A DNA stretch of 64,000 nt from Eledone cirrhosa (taxonomy: Eukaryota). The notes below the pieces were generated by a model. The model saw nothing but the letters and a program-made list of their open reading frames with translations, was not told the origin of the DNA and searched no databases. Below, in pieces: positions 24,697-39,024 of the stretch. Location of the stretch: assembly GCA_964016885.1 (NCBI GenBank), contig OZ024742.1:5084001-5148000 (forward strand), read 5' to 3'. Within the stretch, counting starts at the first letter, position 1. Each line of letters starts with the position of its first letter. Made by a program: the position numbers and the translations under genes.

Positions 24697-26930
24697 ATTT
24701 ATTAATGAATGAACAGTTATATGACTTCTTTTTCACCCAAGAGACATACAGATACATATGCAAATATTGTGGGTCAACATTCATTACAGCATTTAGAGTG
24801 GCAGTACACACTTAGAGATTACATTCATATTAAAAGGTACAATCAAAAATACAGGTTAAAATACAACATGAAAATAAGCGGTTATATAGTGCAAATGTTA
24901 TATGTGTGGCAAGCACGTGCGTCTTGTTTATATAGTGTGGCAGAGAGTTACATGTAGTAGAAACACTTAGGTAGGTAAACAAGAGTGTTAGGTTGGTTGA
25001 TCTGGTGGCAAATTCTTTATATGATTGTTATAGTCTGTGTGTGGAGAAATGATATAAGCATTAAAAATAGTGCAAGCATTAAAAATATTAAATATATTGG
25101 AAATGCACAGCGAAGGGATGTTATGGACTTCATGTACTTCGACATTTTCATAGTCAGGGGAGTGTATTTTTCAGATTATATGCCTCTCACATAATCCACG
25201 ACAATTCGATATTGAGCGTTTGACAATCCAGTTAGAGAATCGTAGTCTGATGATCTTTAGTTAAATACAGGAGGCTGTTACGTTTCGAGAATCGACATTG
25301 AATACTACCCGGAAGTGTGTGTGTGGCTAAGGGGAGTTAATGCATGAGGGGAGGTAACTCCGAGGTTTCTATTACTAACTATTGAAATGTGTCTCAAAAT
25401 AGACCCTAATTTCTATGGTTATGCGCAACTTCTAAAAAATTTCTAAAGCATAAAGTGTTTTAACTATAGAGTAGTCTATTAAGTTGTGCTGAAGGTGTTC
25501 GTATTATTATGGTGAATTAACCCCCATCGTAGATTGCCACGAATGAATATTATAGACGACGAGCGAGGATTCTAAATTAATGATCTCTGTGGTTGTAGTC
25601 TACTCATAGGACCAGGCGCGGTGATTGCAGAATCACTTCAACACACAATGATCTCTGGTTAGTTCTGGGTCATCGCTTGCTACATTGGATGTCGAAAGAT
25701 ATATATATATATACAGGGGGAGTGCATAGCTGTGAGGTTGTGAATATCATGATGTGCGTAAGACGATGATTGTGATTGGAGTACTTTTGTTTGTGTATTG
25801 TTGTATATATACGAGAGTGTGCGTAAGAGAGAGATGACCGGAATTGGAAGTGGCAGTGACTGTCCTGTTAGGTGTGTATGGATGTACAAGAGTGTATGTG
25901 TGTATCTGCACACGCATACATCTAAGTTCGATCAAACTCATATACATACATATGCGTACACATACAAGCACACACACACAAGTTAGGACGTTCCTTAGGT
26001 GGCGCAGGGGGAGAATGACTTGCAATGTCATGAGTATGGTCCAAGGCATCACGTACGGCGCTTCGACAGTTCAGTCGCCAACCGCCGAACTCGGAAAGAT
26101 AAAGATGTGGACGTGAAGATGGATAGAACCAGGATATGAAAGGTTTGCGGAACAACTACTCCAAAGCCATTTAATCCCACGTCAAGATGTCCCAGCACTA
26201 CATCTAATGCGAAAACAACGGTGGCACCATAGGCACACGCGCGCTCGAAAGCAAGCAATTACAAGTCATGTGTGTAATTTTATTTTGTATGCAATAACGT
26301 GGAATCTCTATCGCAATGCTTATAATAATTGCACACAAGCGCAAGCATAAATATACATATTTACAATCATATGCGTACGCATATACATGTATGCACATTG
26401 TGAAAAACTCATTAAAGAAAAAAACACATAGCTGAAACTATCTGCCACTTGCAAATCCTGGCGGAAAAAGACAAGAGTTAATATCAGAACACACAGAGCC
26501 ATATCAGATACCGCACATCAGCTTAAGAGACTCGTCAAAAATTTTGCCAACCCACGGCTTTTCAATTGATACTTTTTTGTCGACCCCAAAAGGATGAAAA
26601 GTAATGTTGACCTCGGCTATATTCAAACTGAGAGCTCAGAAAGTTTGAATATTTAATCCTAAGTCCTAAATATTATGCCCGTTCGCAGCTTATTTTAGCC
26701 ATTAAAAATAAAATGCGAAATTTGTTATTCCTATTTTTTTTTTTATAGTTTCAGTCAATTGATTGTGACCATGTTGGAGAAAAATACTTTAATCGGTCAT
26801 ATCGATCCCAATGACGGGTTTCTTAACAGTTTCCATCTAACAAATTTCACTCAGAAGACATTTTTTTAAAACCTGGTAATTATTATATAAATTCTAAAGA
26901 AACAGCAACGTAAAGAAAGTCACTGATACA

Positions 26931-27000
<70 letters not shown>

Positions 27001-27001
<1 letters not shown>

Positions 27002-27130
27002 CCATACCTGCAGATATACATACATATCTACCTTGTTGATGTGTAAATTCCAATGAGAGAGTCTTGTATCTATGTTAGAAACCGACTCTCTCTCTATTGG
27101 TAAAAATTTATAAAATTATAAAACCAGAAC
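27001..27130 (+). mobile_element. 3' UTR of a second copy of the R4-like element, directly upstream of the main copy
   Basis: Homologous to 32401-32550 (gttgatgtgtaaattccaatgagagagtc...aaattataaaaccagaa); followed by (CATA)n. Confidence 0.8.
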
Positions 27131-28056
27131 ATAATACAAACATACATACATACATAGTCAGTCAACGCGATCAGTCGCACATTTTGGCGTGGGAGACTAT
27201 TCATTAAATTTAAGATGAATACTATCATAATGCCACAACTACCAATCAGGTTGAATAACTGAATATTCTTCTAACTATATCCACTGAAGACACCTTTTAT
27301 TCGAATTCATAGAGATATCCGACTAAATACATAATTCATTTTACAAGGATTTGCTACAAACAGTATGGCTGAACACAATAACCCCCAACAACATTAATGA
27401 AGTACCGAAGAAAAACAACAACGAGAAAGGTAAACAAAATTTATTCAGTTGTAGCTACAGAAAAAACCGAAATTATAAATCGCATTTCTATTGGAGTTGC
27501 GAACTTAATGATTTATTTAATTGTTATAAAATAGCGGAAAAAAATCCCTCAGTTGGCTATATGAACAGAATGAAGCTACACTGGGACGAAATACACCCAG
27601 AGCTAAATCACTTCACAGCGAAACAATTACGCCAACAAGCGACGTTTGTTGAACGTAAAAATAAGATAAATATTAATAATTGTAAGTCTCCCAAAACAAA
27701 CACGGAATCAACAACACGTGCTACAGGTCGCCATGCTACTACACTTCCTAGCAGCCATGTCGAACAGTGCCTTGAAACAACTATGCCTGTAAGAAATTTG
27801 ACACCACGTGTGCCATTTGAGTCTACCTCTAATGCTGGGGAAAACACTATCGATAATAATGATAATCGAAGAAATAAGAATAACAATCTAAGAAATTTGA
27901 CACCAAGTGTACCATCCAAATCTACCTCGACTGTTGTGGAAAACGCTATCGATAATAGTAATAATCAAAAGTATAAACAATTGAAAATTTCCCTCAACGA
28001 AATCTTCCAGAAAGAAATTAATTCATGTATAAACATTGCTGAACGTATTAAAACAA

Positions 28057-29182
28057 TCTATATATATAAAACAGAGGATGTCTGTCTGTCCCTAAAACTC
28101 GAGAAGTTCCCGACCGATTTTTTTCAAAAATTTGGTTTATTTAACAGAGGACACAACACTTACTTACTTTTAAGCAGGACCATTTTGGGGGGGTTGAGGA
28201 AATGAGGAGGACCTTAAAATTTTTGTCGGTGCCCTGTTGACGCTTCGTGCTTTCATTACGCGCAAATCTGGGCTCTGTGTACGTTGCCGTGTTATTGACA
28301 CCACCATAAAACTCACGTCTGTGCTACTTCTACTAAGATCCCTTTTCTTGCACCTACTCCGCGGTATGACCGCCCTGCGCAAGTACGCCAAACAGCGGTT
28401 GTTCTAATTCCGTGGTGACCCCTTTTGTCGCACCTTTCTTGCTGTGTAAACGCAGTGCAACCAGTGGCGCCCAGCGTTTGTGCTAATTTCACTATGTCCC
28501 CTTCTGCTGCAGCTGTGTTGCCACGCTGATTTCGTCATCTCAATATCCCTACTTAAACGTTCATCCCTACTTGGTTTTCACACAATTGACTACGTCGCTC
28601 CTTCAGACTGACTGTGTTCCCCATCTGTGACGTAATTCGTGAACAGACTTACGACATACATCACCCCACAACACTTACTTACTTCTTTCGCATACAGGAT
28701 TTCCGCAATCAGCCCACTGACACTGCTACCGCTTGTATTAAGAAGAGGCTATGGTCTCCTGTGGGGAAGGCCCAACATGTTGTGCGGCTGCATGACATGT
28801 CTTACTCAAGCATTGCAGGCTTTACTCTGTACAGTATGCATGCAGGTGCAATAGACATAACTGATGATGTCTGTCCGGATGACTGGGTGCGAATCTATAA
28901 AACTCGAAAATTCCTAACCGATTTTCTCCAAATGGAAGAAAAATCATATTCTAAGATTTAGTACGCTTAAAGAGTATCCAGCTGATTTTCTTCAGATTTT
29001 GCACATGCATGCAGATGTTTCACGATTCGGGCCTGCTGATGTTCTACGTTACCAGTAGATGAACAATCATTCCCTGAGAATAAGGGAATTCAAAAATTAC
29101 ACAGCTACATTCCTCAATCTTTGCATATGCATGTTGCTATTTCACGTTTCCTACCCCGTGCAACGCCGGGTCCTGCTGCTAG
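28057..29182 (+). mobile_element. Non-autonomous Helitron nested in the R4-like ORF
   Basis: 5' TC, 3' hairpin CCCGTGCAACGCCGGG then CTAG, A|T target; removing it restores the frame ERIKTI-LNKIKPNNE. Confidence 0.9.
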
Positions 29183-30369
29183 TACTAAATAAAATAAAAC
29201 CAAATAATGAAATATTACGTGCTATTGACGAAATAGGGGATGGATATTTACGATGGATTAAAACCCCAACATTTTGGCAAATCAACGCCTGTTTATATGC
29301 CTTAGCAACGACAGTGAAACATTGTCTTGGTGATAGCAGAGATATTAACAAGAACAAATCACCACCAAAAATACCATCATATATAACTAAAACAGAAAAA
29401 ATAGATTGCTGACCTACGAAACACCATAGGATATGTGACAATGCTCCTTACATGCAAACAAAAACAAAAAAATCTTCACTCCTCACCAACAAAGAGTGAA
29501 AAATAAAATAGAGACGATGTTTGGTAACAGTAGAACCAGAACTCTTCAATATATGCTGATCACCTTCAAACAAGAATTGAGAGCTGTTAGCGAAAAACGT
29601 CGATACCAGAAGAAGGTAGATGAAAGAAAAGTGCTTAATAAAAGATTCAGACGAAACCAAACATCAGTCTATAGGGATATGAAGGGCAAAATAATAAATG
29701 CCACTGAGGCCCCATCCCAGAAAGACATAGATTCCTTTTGGAGAAAAATATGGGGTGAAAAGAAGAATTTCAACCAAGATGCAGTGTGGCTAAGAGAAAC
29801 CCGAAAGAACTATTTCTCCTACACTACAACAAAAACATACGAAATAAGTGAGGGTACCCTTGAGACTGTAATAGGAAAACTCCAGATAAGAAAACACCAG
29901 GAAGATTGTCGGCTACTGGTACAAAAAATTGATATTCTATCGGATGTATCTTATCGACCTCTACCAACAAGTTCTCAAGGGAGATACACTTATACCAGAA
30001 TGGTTGACATTAGCACAAACAATACTGGTCTCCAAAAACAAAGACACCCACTTGGAAAAAACTACCGACCCATTCCATGCCAGAACCTGATGTATAAAAT
30101 GTATATAGCCTGTCTCAACCTATTCCTCCAAGATCACTGTGAAAATAATAACATCATCACCGATGATCAAGCAGCTGGAAGGAAATGTATTTAGGGGTTT
30201 GATGAACAACTCCTAATCAACAAAACTGCGATGTCGGAGGTGCGACAACTTAGGAGGAATATGGCTACAGTCTGGCTAGACTACAGGAAAGCTTTCGATT
30301 CTGTTCCCCACTCTTGGATGATAGAGGCCCTCCGACCTGCTAACACCCCAGACATTATTATCAGAGCCA

Positions 30370-30563
30370 AAGGGTGAGGATTGGCAGTATCGGTAGAGGG
30401 TCTGACGCCATGCTTTGCAGCATAGAGTTACGGCCCTTTATGATCTGAGTTCAAATCCCGCCGAAGTTAACTTTGCCTTTCATCCTTACGGGGTCGATAA
30501 AATAAAGTACCAGTAATACACTGGGATAATTGCTGGCCTTGTGCCAAAAGTAGAATAGAAACA
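30370..30563 (+). mobile_element. tRNA-derived SINE with 16-bp target-site duplication
   Basis: A box TGGCAGTATCGG, B box GAGTTCAAATCC, central GCCTTTCATCCTTACGGGGTCGATAAAATAAAGTACCAG; TSD ATTATTATCAGAGCCA at 30354-30369 and 30564-30579. Confidence 0.9.
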
Positions 30564-32904
30564 ATTATTATCAGAGCCATAGAGAGGCTGTCTTCTTCTT
30601 GGGCTACTATCCTAAAGTTAAAAACAGAGAAGGAGGACTCTATTTTCACTGATAAAATAGAATATTACAGGGGTATATTTCAAGGAGACAGTCTCTCTAT
30701 AATACTATTTATCCTGTCATTAAACCCCTTGTCCTTTCTGTTCAAGAAATGTGAAGGATACATCATTGGCTCACGAGAAGACAGAAATACGAACCTAACC
30801 CATAATTTCTTTGTGGATGATCTGAAACTCTATTCCAAGAAAATAGATGGGATGAAGAAAAATCTTGACCTGGTTATATTCTCAAAGGATATAGGAATGG
30901 AGTTTAGCCAAGATAAATGCTCATACATGACTGTAAAGCGGGGAAAAACAACAACCCAATCTAGCAACATTGTCATCAATTGCCTAATTGTTTCACCGAT
31001 ATCTGATGAGGACTGCTACAGATACCTGGGGATAGATGAAAATATATCCTATAATGGTATCTGTAATAAAGAACGTGTAACCAGGAAATATTGCACCCCA
31101 TTAAGAAAAATATGATCATTGTAACTCTCTGCGCACAATAAAACAGTGGCTCACAATGTGTTTGCTGTGCCTGTCCTAACACCAACGTTTGGAATACTCA
31201 ATTGAACGATAAACGAAATCCGAGCAATTGATGTTAGGCCTCGAAAAGTACTAAACAACACCGGAAACCTCCACATCAACAGTGACATAGACCGCCTCTA
31301 CTTGAAACGTAAGCAGGGAGGCATAGGCCTAACATCAGTCCAGACAGCATTTGAATGTCGCATCATATCCCTCCGACAACATCTACAAACCTCGAAGCGT
31401 AGGAGCCCGTCTATCAAGCAAGTCTATCTGCATGAGATAGATAAAATCATGAGGGTTGGGAGGGAACTCTTTGAAAGATATTGCCTGTGTGATAGTCAAA
31501 AACTCACACCCAGGGAAGTTGCCCAGCAGTACCGCAGTGAATCCATGGATGAAAAACTGCATGCTTATCAGCAAAAGATCATGCATGGATATGTTGCCAG
31601 GAGGCTCCAGAGTGAGAGTAATATAGATAAACAAAGTAGTCTATCTTGAACCAACAACCGCTATATTGGCTCCCACTTTGAAGAATACGCTATTGCAATC
31701 CAAGAACAGGAAATCAACGCGAAATACCTGATTCACAAAATAGATAGGGATGCAGGCAAGACACCTAGATGTGACAACAATTTCAGACTCTGCAGAATTA
31801 ACATCGAAGATGTCACCCATGTCATAAGCAGCTGTCCAAAGATGACATCGCGGTACTATCTACCTATGAGGCATGATGTAGTGGCTAAAACACTGTACAA
31901 TGCAATCCGTAGAAAAGATAGCCTTGATAATAAACACATTCTAAGCTGCAGAAATGTGGAAGACATACATATACATATGAAAGAGTACTGGTGGAATGTT
32001 CCAGTAAAAACCCCAATTAACTGCAGGCATAACAGACCAGATATAATGATATGGGACAGGGAAAAGAAGGCATGCACGGTAGTGGAAATTGCTGCCCAGC
32101 AGATGCCAATATAATATCAAAGACTAGTGAAAAGTAGAATATTTATGCAGAACTAATGAGAAAACTGCAGATACTCCACCCTGTGATTATTGGGGCACTG
32201 GGGTATATTAGTAACTGCCTCAATACAAATCTTGAGAAGCTGGGCTTCACAGAAACAGAAAGAACATGACTAGTTATGAAATTACACCTACAATCCATTA
32301 ATGGAACAGTAAAAATATGTAAAACATTCCAAAAATTCTGTATCTAATAACTGCATATACACATGTACAACTCAAAACATACATATCCACACATACAATA
32401 TCCATACCTGCACACACATGCATGTATGCAGACATGCATACATATCTAACTAGTTGATGTGTAAATTCCAATGAGAGAGTCATGTGTCTATGTTAGAAAC
32501 CGATTCTCTCTCTATTGACAAAAATTTGTGAAATTATAAAACCAGAAGAACATATATACAGATAATGAATTTTCAAGGAAATCTGTGTAACATTAAATGG
32601 AATGAGTTAATAAAGAATGCAACATGCCACCCAGTCTGAGAACGAAACCTTATCCTTATGGTCGTGAGCTCAACACCCTACTTATATACCCTCGTTTTTG
32701 TTTGTAATATTAAACATTTACAAACATCCATATGGTGATGTTCGTGGTGCATTAGTCTGTTTTAATTTGTTTGAAACGGGGCTTGTTATTTCCAAAGATT
32801 GATGAATAAAGAAAACACTTAGTTCAATTCACGGACGATGTTTTTGTAGGAGTGACGAGAACGTTTCAACCGTGGCCCCCACGAATCTATATTATAATAA
32901 GTAT

Positions 32905-33535
32905 ACAAATGGGGTCGATAAAATAAAGTATCAGTAACTCACTGGGGTCGATGTAATCGACCTTCCCTTCAAATTGTTGGCATTGTGCCAAATGTAGTAA
33001 TTTATAATGGTTTCTGATTTAGACACAAGGCCAACAATTTTAAGGCGAGGGAAAGTCGATTAAATGGACCTCAGTGAATTACTGGTACTTTATTTTTCGA
33101 CCCTGTAAGGAGGAAAGGCAAAACTATCCTTGGCGGAATTTGAAATTAGATTGTAAAAGGACGTAACTATATGCCGTGAAGCATTTTGTCTGACATTCCA
33201 CAGGTACTGCCAATCCATTGCCCTTCAACCAATCTATTTTATAATAGGTGGATTGGCAGTATCGGTAGAGGGTCGGACGCCATGCTTTTATGCATAGAGT
33301 TACGGCCTTTCCAATCTGAGTTCAAATCCCGCCGGGGTTAACTTTCATCCTTACGGGGTCGATAAAATAAAGTACCAGTAATGCACTGGGTAATTGCTGA
33401 CCTTGTGCCAAAAAGTAGAAACAATTATAAGTATGCAAATGGGGTCGATAAAACAAAATCCCAGTAACGTACTGCAGTCGATATAATTGACCTTCCCCCT
33501 TCCCTTCAAATTGCTGACCTTGTGCCAAATTTAGA
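32905..33535. mobile_element. Cluster of the same SINE family in both orientations
   Basis: Repeated GGGGTCGATAAAA...GTACCAGTAA cores at ~32911, ~33355 and ~33441 (+) and an inverted copy at ~33020-33220; further copies at ~26570, ~39290-39450 and ~43400. Confidence 0.8.
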
Positions 33536-33811
33536 ATGATCTACTAATACATAATGCTCTTGTGTTTTTGTCCGTCACAAGAGATGACTGAAGAAGTAAG
33601 AGGTGATAACTGGCTGGTGTAAAATTAGTCGGCTGGAATTTTCAGATGACATGGTGTTACTTAACTCAACAGAAGGTGATCTCTGACGTGCACTTGATAG
33701 GTTTGATGCAGAGTGCTGCATGGATGGAATGGAAATTATTGCTGCGAATGTCTATACATTGCTAATATAGTGTAAGTAATGTTTCGTTGTTCTAAGTGAT
33801 TATATGTTCTA

Positions 33812-34479
33812 CTAGCTGAATTACCCTGCGTTGTCCCGGTTACTGCTGTTCTTATTCAGATTAGTAAACAATAAATATGAAGATTTTTTTTTTCTCATAA
33901 TTATTTCAAAATACCTATATTTTATTTTTTTTTAAATATCAAAATTGTAATGATAATAGAATTTAGAAATTAAAATCTGTCAATCTTGAAGTACCTTAGG
34001 GTAAACAATATTGATTGTGTCATTTTTGTTGGTGTCCAAATGAATAAATTGTTGCTACACACTCACACATACACTCTCACATACACTCACATACATATAC
34101 TAAGACAGACATACATTCACGCAGACACACGCATAGCTTTTCACTTCTTTTTTGTCAGTCGCCACATATGTATATGTGTAGATGGGTGTGTGTGTATTTA
34201 ATAACGTACCTAACCAACACGCAAACACACACTCACAGACACATACACACTCATACAAAATATGACGTCGTCGTCGTCGTCGTGCTGGTGGTTTACTATA
34301 GTTCACTAGAGAAATATTATTTTAGATAAAATGTTATATTGTTTTAATCCCAATGAAAATAAAAATTACATGTTGACACTCCCGGTGTCTAATACTTGTA
34401 AAATTTGATTTGATTTGGTCCAGCCGTTAGAGAATGCATAGGACAGACAGACAGACAAAGAATTTTATATAGAGAGAGA
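33812..34479 (-). mobile_element. Non-autonomous Helitron
   Basis: Minus strand begins TCTCTCTCTATATAAAA...(GTCT)n and ends CCGGGACAACGCAGGG...CTAG; A|T target. Confidence 0.75.
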
Positions 34480-35283
34480 TTATTTTGTGCATGATATCAA
34501 CATTTTGAATTCCCTCAGCAAGGAAATTTAGCGCCTTTTCCATTGAAGGATTATTGAACAAGTCGACATTTTATGCATTATACATTATATATATATATAT
34601 GATGGCTGCCCCCTTGTTATCGAGTATGGCCATTGCATGATATACCATTATTAATAATTATTAATTAATTCTATCGTACAATGCCTGTGCGTGAAGATAT
34701 TTTTTAAAGTGAGGAAAGACTGTGCACTGAGCCAACTCCACTCTCTGAGCGACAGTAGCTATAACCCGAAAAGAAGAAAATATCAACATCATCGGTAACT
34801 ACTGAGCCGCAGGTTTTATATCGGAGTTATCCCAGTTTCCTGAGTTGCCTTCTCCTAGAAGAATGCCCTGGCAAAGGCTAGGGGTCCTTCACTCCCAGTG
34901 GTTTAACCGTGCGGCACATGTGTATATACACACTTTTGGATGGCCGTTGGCTCTTATGAGTTCTTCCTCCCTTTGTCAGGTTTTGTTTTTTGTCCTGCAG
35001 GGTGTCCTAAATCACCCTCCTCATCAAGTAAACTTGGTGGGGTTGCCGGTTTAGTCGCCGACTACCCAACCATGCGACAGGTTGTACTGGGTTACATGTT
35101 ACCAGAAGCACTCAAGAGTGACCCGACATACATATATATATATATATAATAGATTTCGCTACAATTGTTTCTTTGTTTAATGGAAATAGTATGTTTATAG
35201 AAATGATTAGATACTCATCTGCCGACAGGCAAAGTGAGTTATATAGCGCATATGTACATATAAATAAACATACATACACACAA

Positions 35284-35324
<41 letters not shown>

Positions 35325-35415
35325 CATTCATACATCCATAATGCGCACATATATATATGGTGGGGCTATTAAGTTAAACATGGCCTGGGCCAACACTGAC
35401 CGAAATCTATTCAAG

Positions 35416-35487
<72 letters not shown>

Positions 35488-36467
35488 GTTATTCCGGGTT
35501 GAATCGGAGGTAACCACAGTAAGTAAGGTACTCAATACATAGCAGAGTATAACAGTTTTAATATAGATGAGATTCTACAGGACTAGAACTGTTTCATTCA
35601 TTATAAATCATCAGGAATCTGGGTATCAAAAAATAAATATGGTATTTATAGGTCTCTACAAGTGGTAGGAGAGGGTGGGGAGTGGGATGGGTGCAGGTCA
35701 TTGGTTGATAGAAAAGGGGATTCATTAAAAGCTAATTCTACAAAGCTATAGTTTATCTTTATTTTTATTTATATTTATTTATGTTTTTAACAAAGGCAGA
35801 CAGAATTCTATAAACAGGTTCCGGATGGCATACCATTCCTTGTCAATAAGTTTCTCTTAAGCTAATAGATGTCTATAAAATCAGTGGGGGGTCAGTCATG
35901 GTCGATAGAATTAAAGAAAAGGGAGATTATTTAAAAGCTAAAGTCATTAAGGTTCTACTAAGTGACAAAGGTCTAGAGAATTCTGCAGACAGATTCAAAA
36001 TACTGAGTGCATATCTTACTATTATCTTCGAACTTCTCTTAAACTAATCAACTATATGCCAAAAATCAACAGACACATTCACAAAAAAACAAAAAAACAA
36101 AAAAAACACACATACTCACTCACACACTTACGCGCAACCACTGATTTTATAGACATCTGTTAGCTTAAGAGAAACTTATTGACAAGGAATGGTATGCCAT
36201 CCGGAACCTGTTTATAGAATTCTGTCTGCCTTTGTTAAAAACATAAATAAATATAAATAAAAATAAAAATAAACTATAGCTTTGTAGAATTAGCTTTTAA
36301 TGAATCCCCTTTTCTATCAACCAATGACCTGCACCCATCCCACTCCCCACCCTCTCCTACCACTTGTAGAGACCTATAAATACCATATTTATTTTTTGAT
36401 ACCCAGATTCCTGATGATTTCTAATGAATGAAACAGTTCTAGTCCTGTAGAATCTCATCTATATTAA

Positions 36468-36471
<4 letters not shown>
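35488..36471. mobile_element. Non-coding fold-back element (~330-bp inverted arms) carrying hammerheads
   Basis: 35554-35887 is the reverse complement of 36138-36471; (TA)n on both sides. Confidence 0.85.
36405..36455 (+). ncRNA. Type I hammerhead ribozyme; inverted copy at 35570-35620
   Basis: AGATTC-CTGATGA-T TTC taat GAA T-GAA-ACAG ttctagtc CTGT-A-GAATCT (GUA triplet). Confidence 0.85.
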
Positions 36472-36512
<41 letters not shown>

Positions 36513-36516
<4 letters not shown>

Positions 36517-39024
36517 GGAGGTGAGTTTTATTGTAGTACAATAAAGCAATGCAGATATCGGATAAGAAGCACTCTACAGTTTGTAGGACTGGAGTATACA
36601 TAATATAAGATCAAAAGATGGTTAAAGGAGTTCCATGTATTTTATTATGCGCATTTCAAAAACAAACATCATCATGCAATAATATTTGTGTTTTCATCAG
36701 ATAAAACAGGAGAACATGATATGAAGGCTAAAAAACACTTGTGGATAGTGCAGTTTTAAATCAACATATGAAAAGTGGTTTTAGATTGATGTGTGATATT
36801 GGGAAAAATATTTTATTTAGAGAGGGGGTGGGTGGAAAGGATGAAAAAGGGGAGGAGATGAGAGGGAGAGATGGGTGATAGAGAGAAAGAGATAGTTTTT
36901 ATAACTGAGAGGAGATATATTGTTTTATATAGAGAGGTTGAAAACCGTTGGAAGATAATGTATAAATTAAAAAAATTTGAAAATTAACGAAAGGAGGATA
37001 TGTGCGAGGAAAAAGTATTTTATTTTGGGAGGGGGGGGGTGGAAAGGATGAAAAAAAGGGGGAGGAGATGAGAGTGAAGGTGGAGAGGGAGAGATGGGTG
37101 ATAGAGAGAAAGAGATAGTTTTTATAACTGAGAGAAAGATATATTGTTTTACATAGAGAGGTTGAGAAACCGTTGGAAGATAATGTATAAATTAAAGGAA
37201 TTTGAAAATTAACGAAGGGAATTTATGTATGAAGATAGAGAGAAGAAATAATAATTGTGGATGAATATTCTAACGTCAAAAAAGGGTATGTTGTGGCAAT
37301 TTCAAAATTAACGAAGAGAAAAATTATTAAGGTTTGTGTGTAGAAGGATTTGAGAAAAATAATGTGAAGTTAAAGTTTGTATATTGGAGGAATTGATAAT
37401 ATATGCGAATAGAGTTAATATGTATTAAGAATGAGTTCGTTGATGGGGAGAAAAAAATAATAAATTAAGGATGAAATTGAGATTAAAAAGATTTATGATA
37501 GAGAGAAAAAAATAATGATTGCGGATGACTATTCTAACGTCAAAAAACAGATGTATATGTTATGAATGATTTTACAAGGTGAAGATAGAATGAGGGTAAT
37601 GAGTAAACAAGTATTATAGAGTGTATAAAGCCCTTTAAAGTATGGTAGGAAGATGGGTATATTTTAAAGAGGTGTATGTATATGTGCCTTTGAGAAAAGA
37701 TTCTAAATTGATAAAGAATTGAATATTAACTGTATACTTTGTGAAAAGTTCTATGGAATTTATGCAGGCAGATAGAAAACAAATCTGTACGTCTATTTAT
37801 TATATTATAGAATCTAGGTTAGAGATAATATAATAAATAGACGTACAGATTTGTTTTCTATCTGCCTGCATAAATTCCATAGAACTTTTCCAAAAGTATA
37901 CAGTTAATATTCAATTCTTTATCAATTTAGAATCTTTTCTCAAAGGCACATATACATACACCTCTTTAAAATATACCCATCTTCCTACCATACTTTAAAG
38001 GGCTTTATACACTCTATAATACTTGTTTACTCATTACCCTCATTCTATCTTCACCTTGTAAAATCATTCATAACATATACATCTGTTTTTTGACGTTAGA
38101 ATAGTCATCCGCAATCATTATTTTTTTCTCTCTATCATAAATCTTTTTAATCTCAATTTCATCCTTAATTTATTATTTTTTTCTCCCCATCAACGAACTC
38201 ATTCTTAATACATATTAACTCTATTCGCATATATTATCAATTCCTCCAATATACAAACTTTAACTTCACATTATTTTTCTCAAATCCTTCTACACACAAA
38301 CCTTAATAATTTTTCTCTTCGTTAATTTTGAAATTGCCACAACATACCCTTTTTTGACGTTAGAATATTCATCCACAATTATTATTTCTTCTCTCTATCT
38401 TCATACATAAATTCCCTTCGTTAATTTTCAAATTCCTTTAATTTATACATTATCTTCCAACGGTTTCTCAACCTCTCTATGTAAAACAATATATCTTTCT
38501 CTCAGTTATAAAAACTATCTCTTTCTCTCTATCACCCATCTCTCCCTCTCCACCTTCACTCTCATCTCCTCCCCCTTTTTTCATCCTTTCCACACACCCC
38601 TCCCTAAATAAAATACTTTTTCCTCGCACATATCCTCCTTTTGTTAATTTTCAAATTTTTTTTAATTTATACATTATCTTCCAACGGTTTTCAACCTCTC
38701 TATATAAAACAATATATCTCCTCTCAGTTATAAAAACTATCTCTTTCTCTCTATCACCCATCTCTCCCTCTCATCTCCTCCCCTTTTTCATCCTTTCCAC
38801 CCACCCCCTCTCTAAATAAAATATTTTTCCCAATATCACACATCAATCTAAAACCACTTTTCATATGTTGATTTAAAACTGCACTATCCACAAGTGTTTT
38901 TTAGCCTTCATATCATGTTCTCCTGTTTTATCTGATGAAAACACAAATATTATTGCATGATGATGTTTGTTTTTGAAATGCGCATAATAAAATACATGGA
39001 ACTCCTTTAACCATCTTTTGATCT

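Larger units (their letters stand above)
27157..32550 (+). mobile_element. Degenerate R4/Dong-like non-LTR retrotransposon (RT + CCHC + restriction-like endonuclease)
   Basis: NYRPIPC, WLDYRKAFDSVPH, GIFQGDSLS, FVDDLKLY, YRYLG, RLC...HVISSC...RHD, RPDIMIWD...VEI (PD-(D/E)XK); many stops; interrupted by a Helitron and a SINE. Confidence 0.85.

Noticed and set aside
25990-26260. GC-richer island with short ORFs on both strands
   Set aside because: No recognisable motif or convincing pair of splice sites
30372-30460. tRNA gene
   Set aside because: A and B boxes are present but there is no cloverleaf; it is the head of a SINE with a TSD
34600-35125. GC-richer segment resembling an RTE-type 5' region, possibly with an HDV-like ribozyme on the minus strand
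   Set aside because: I could not build the nested double pseudoknot by eye; it is probably a repeat, but the family is unsupported
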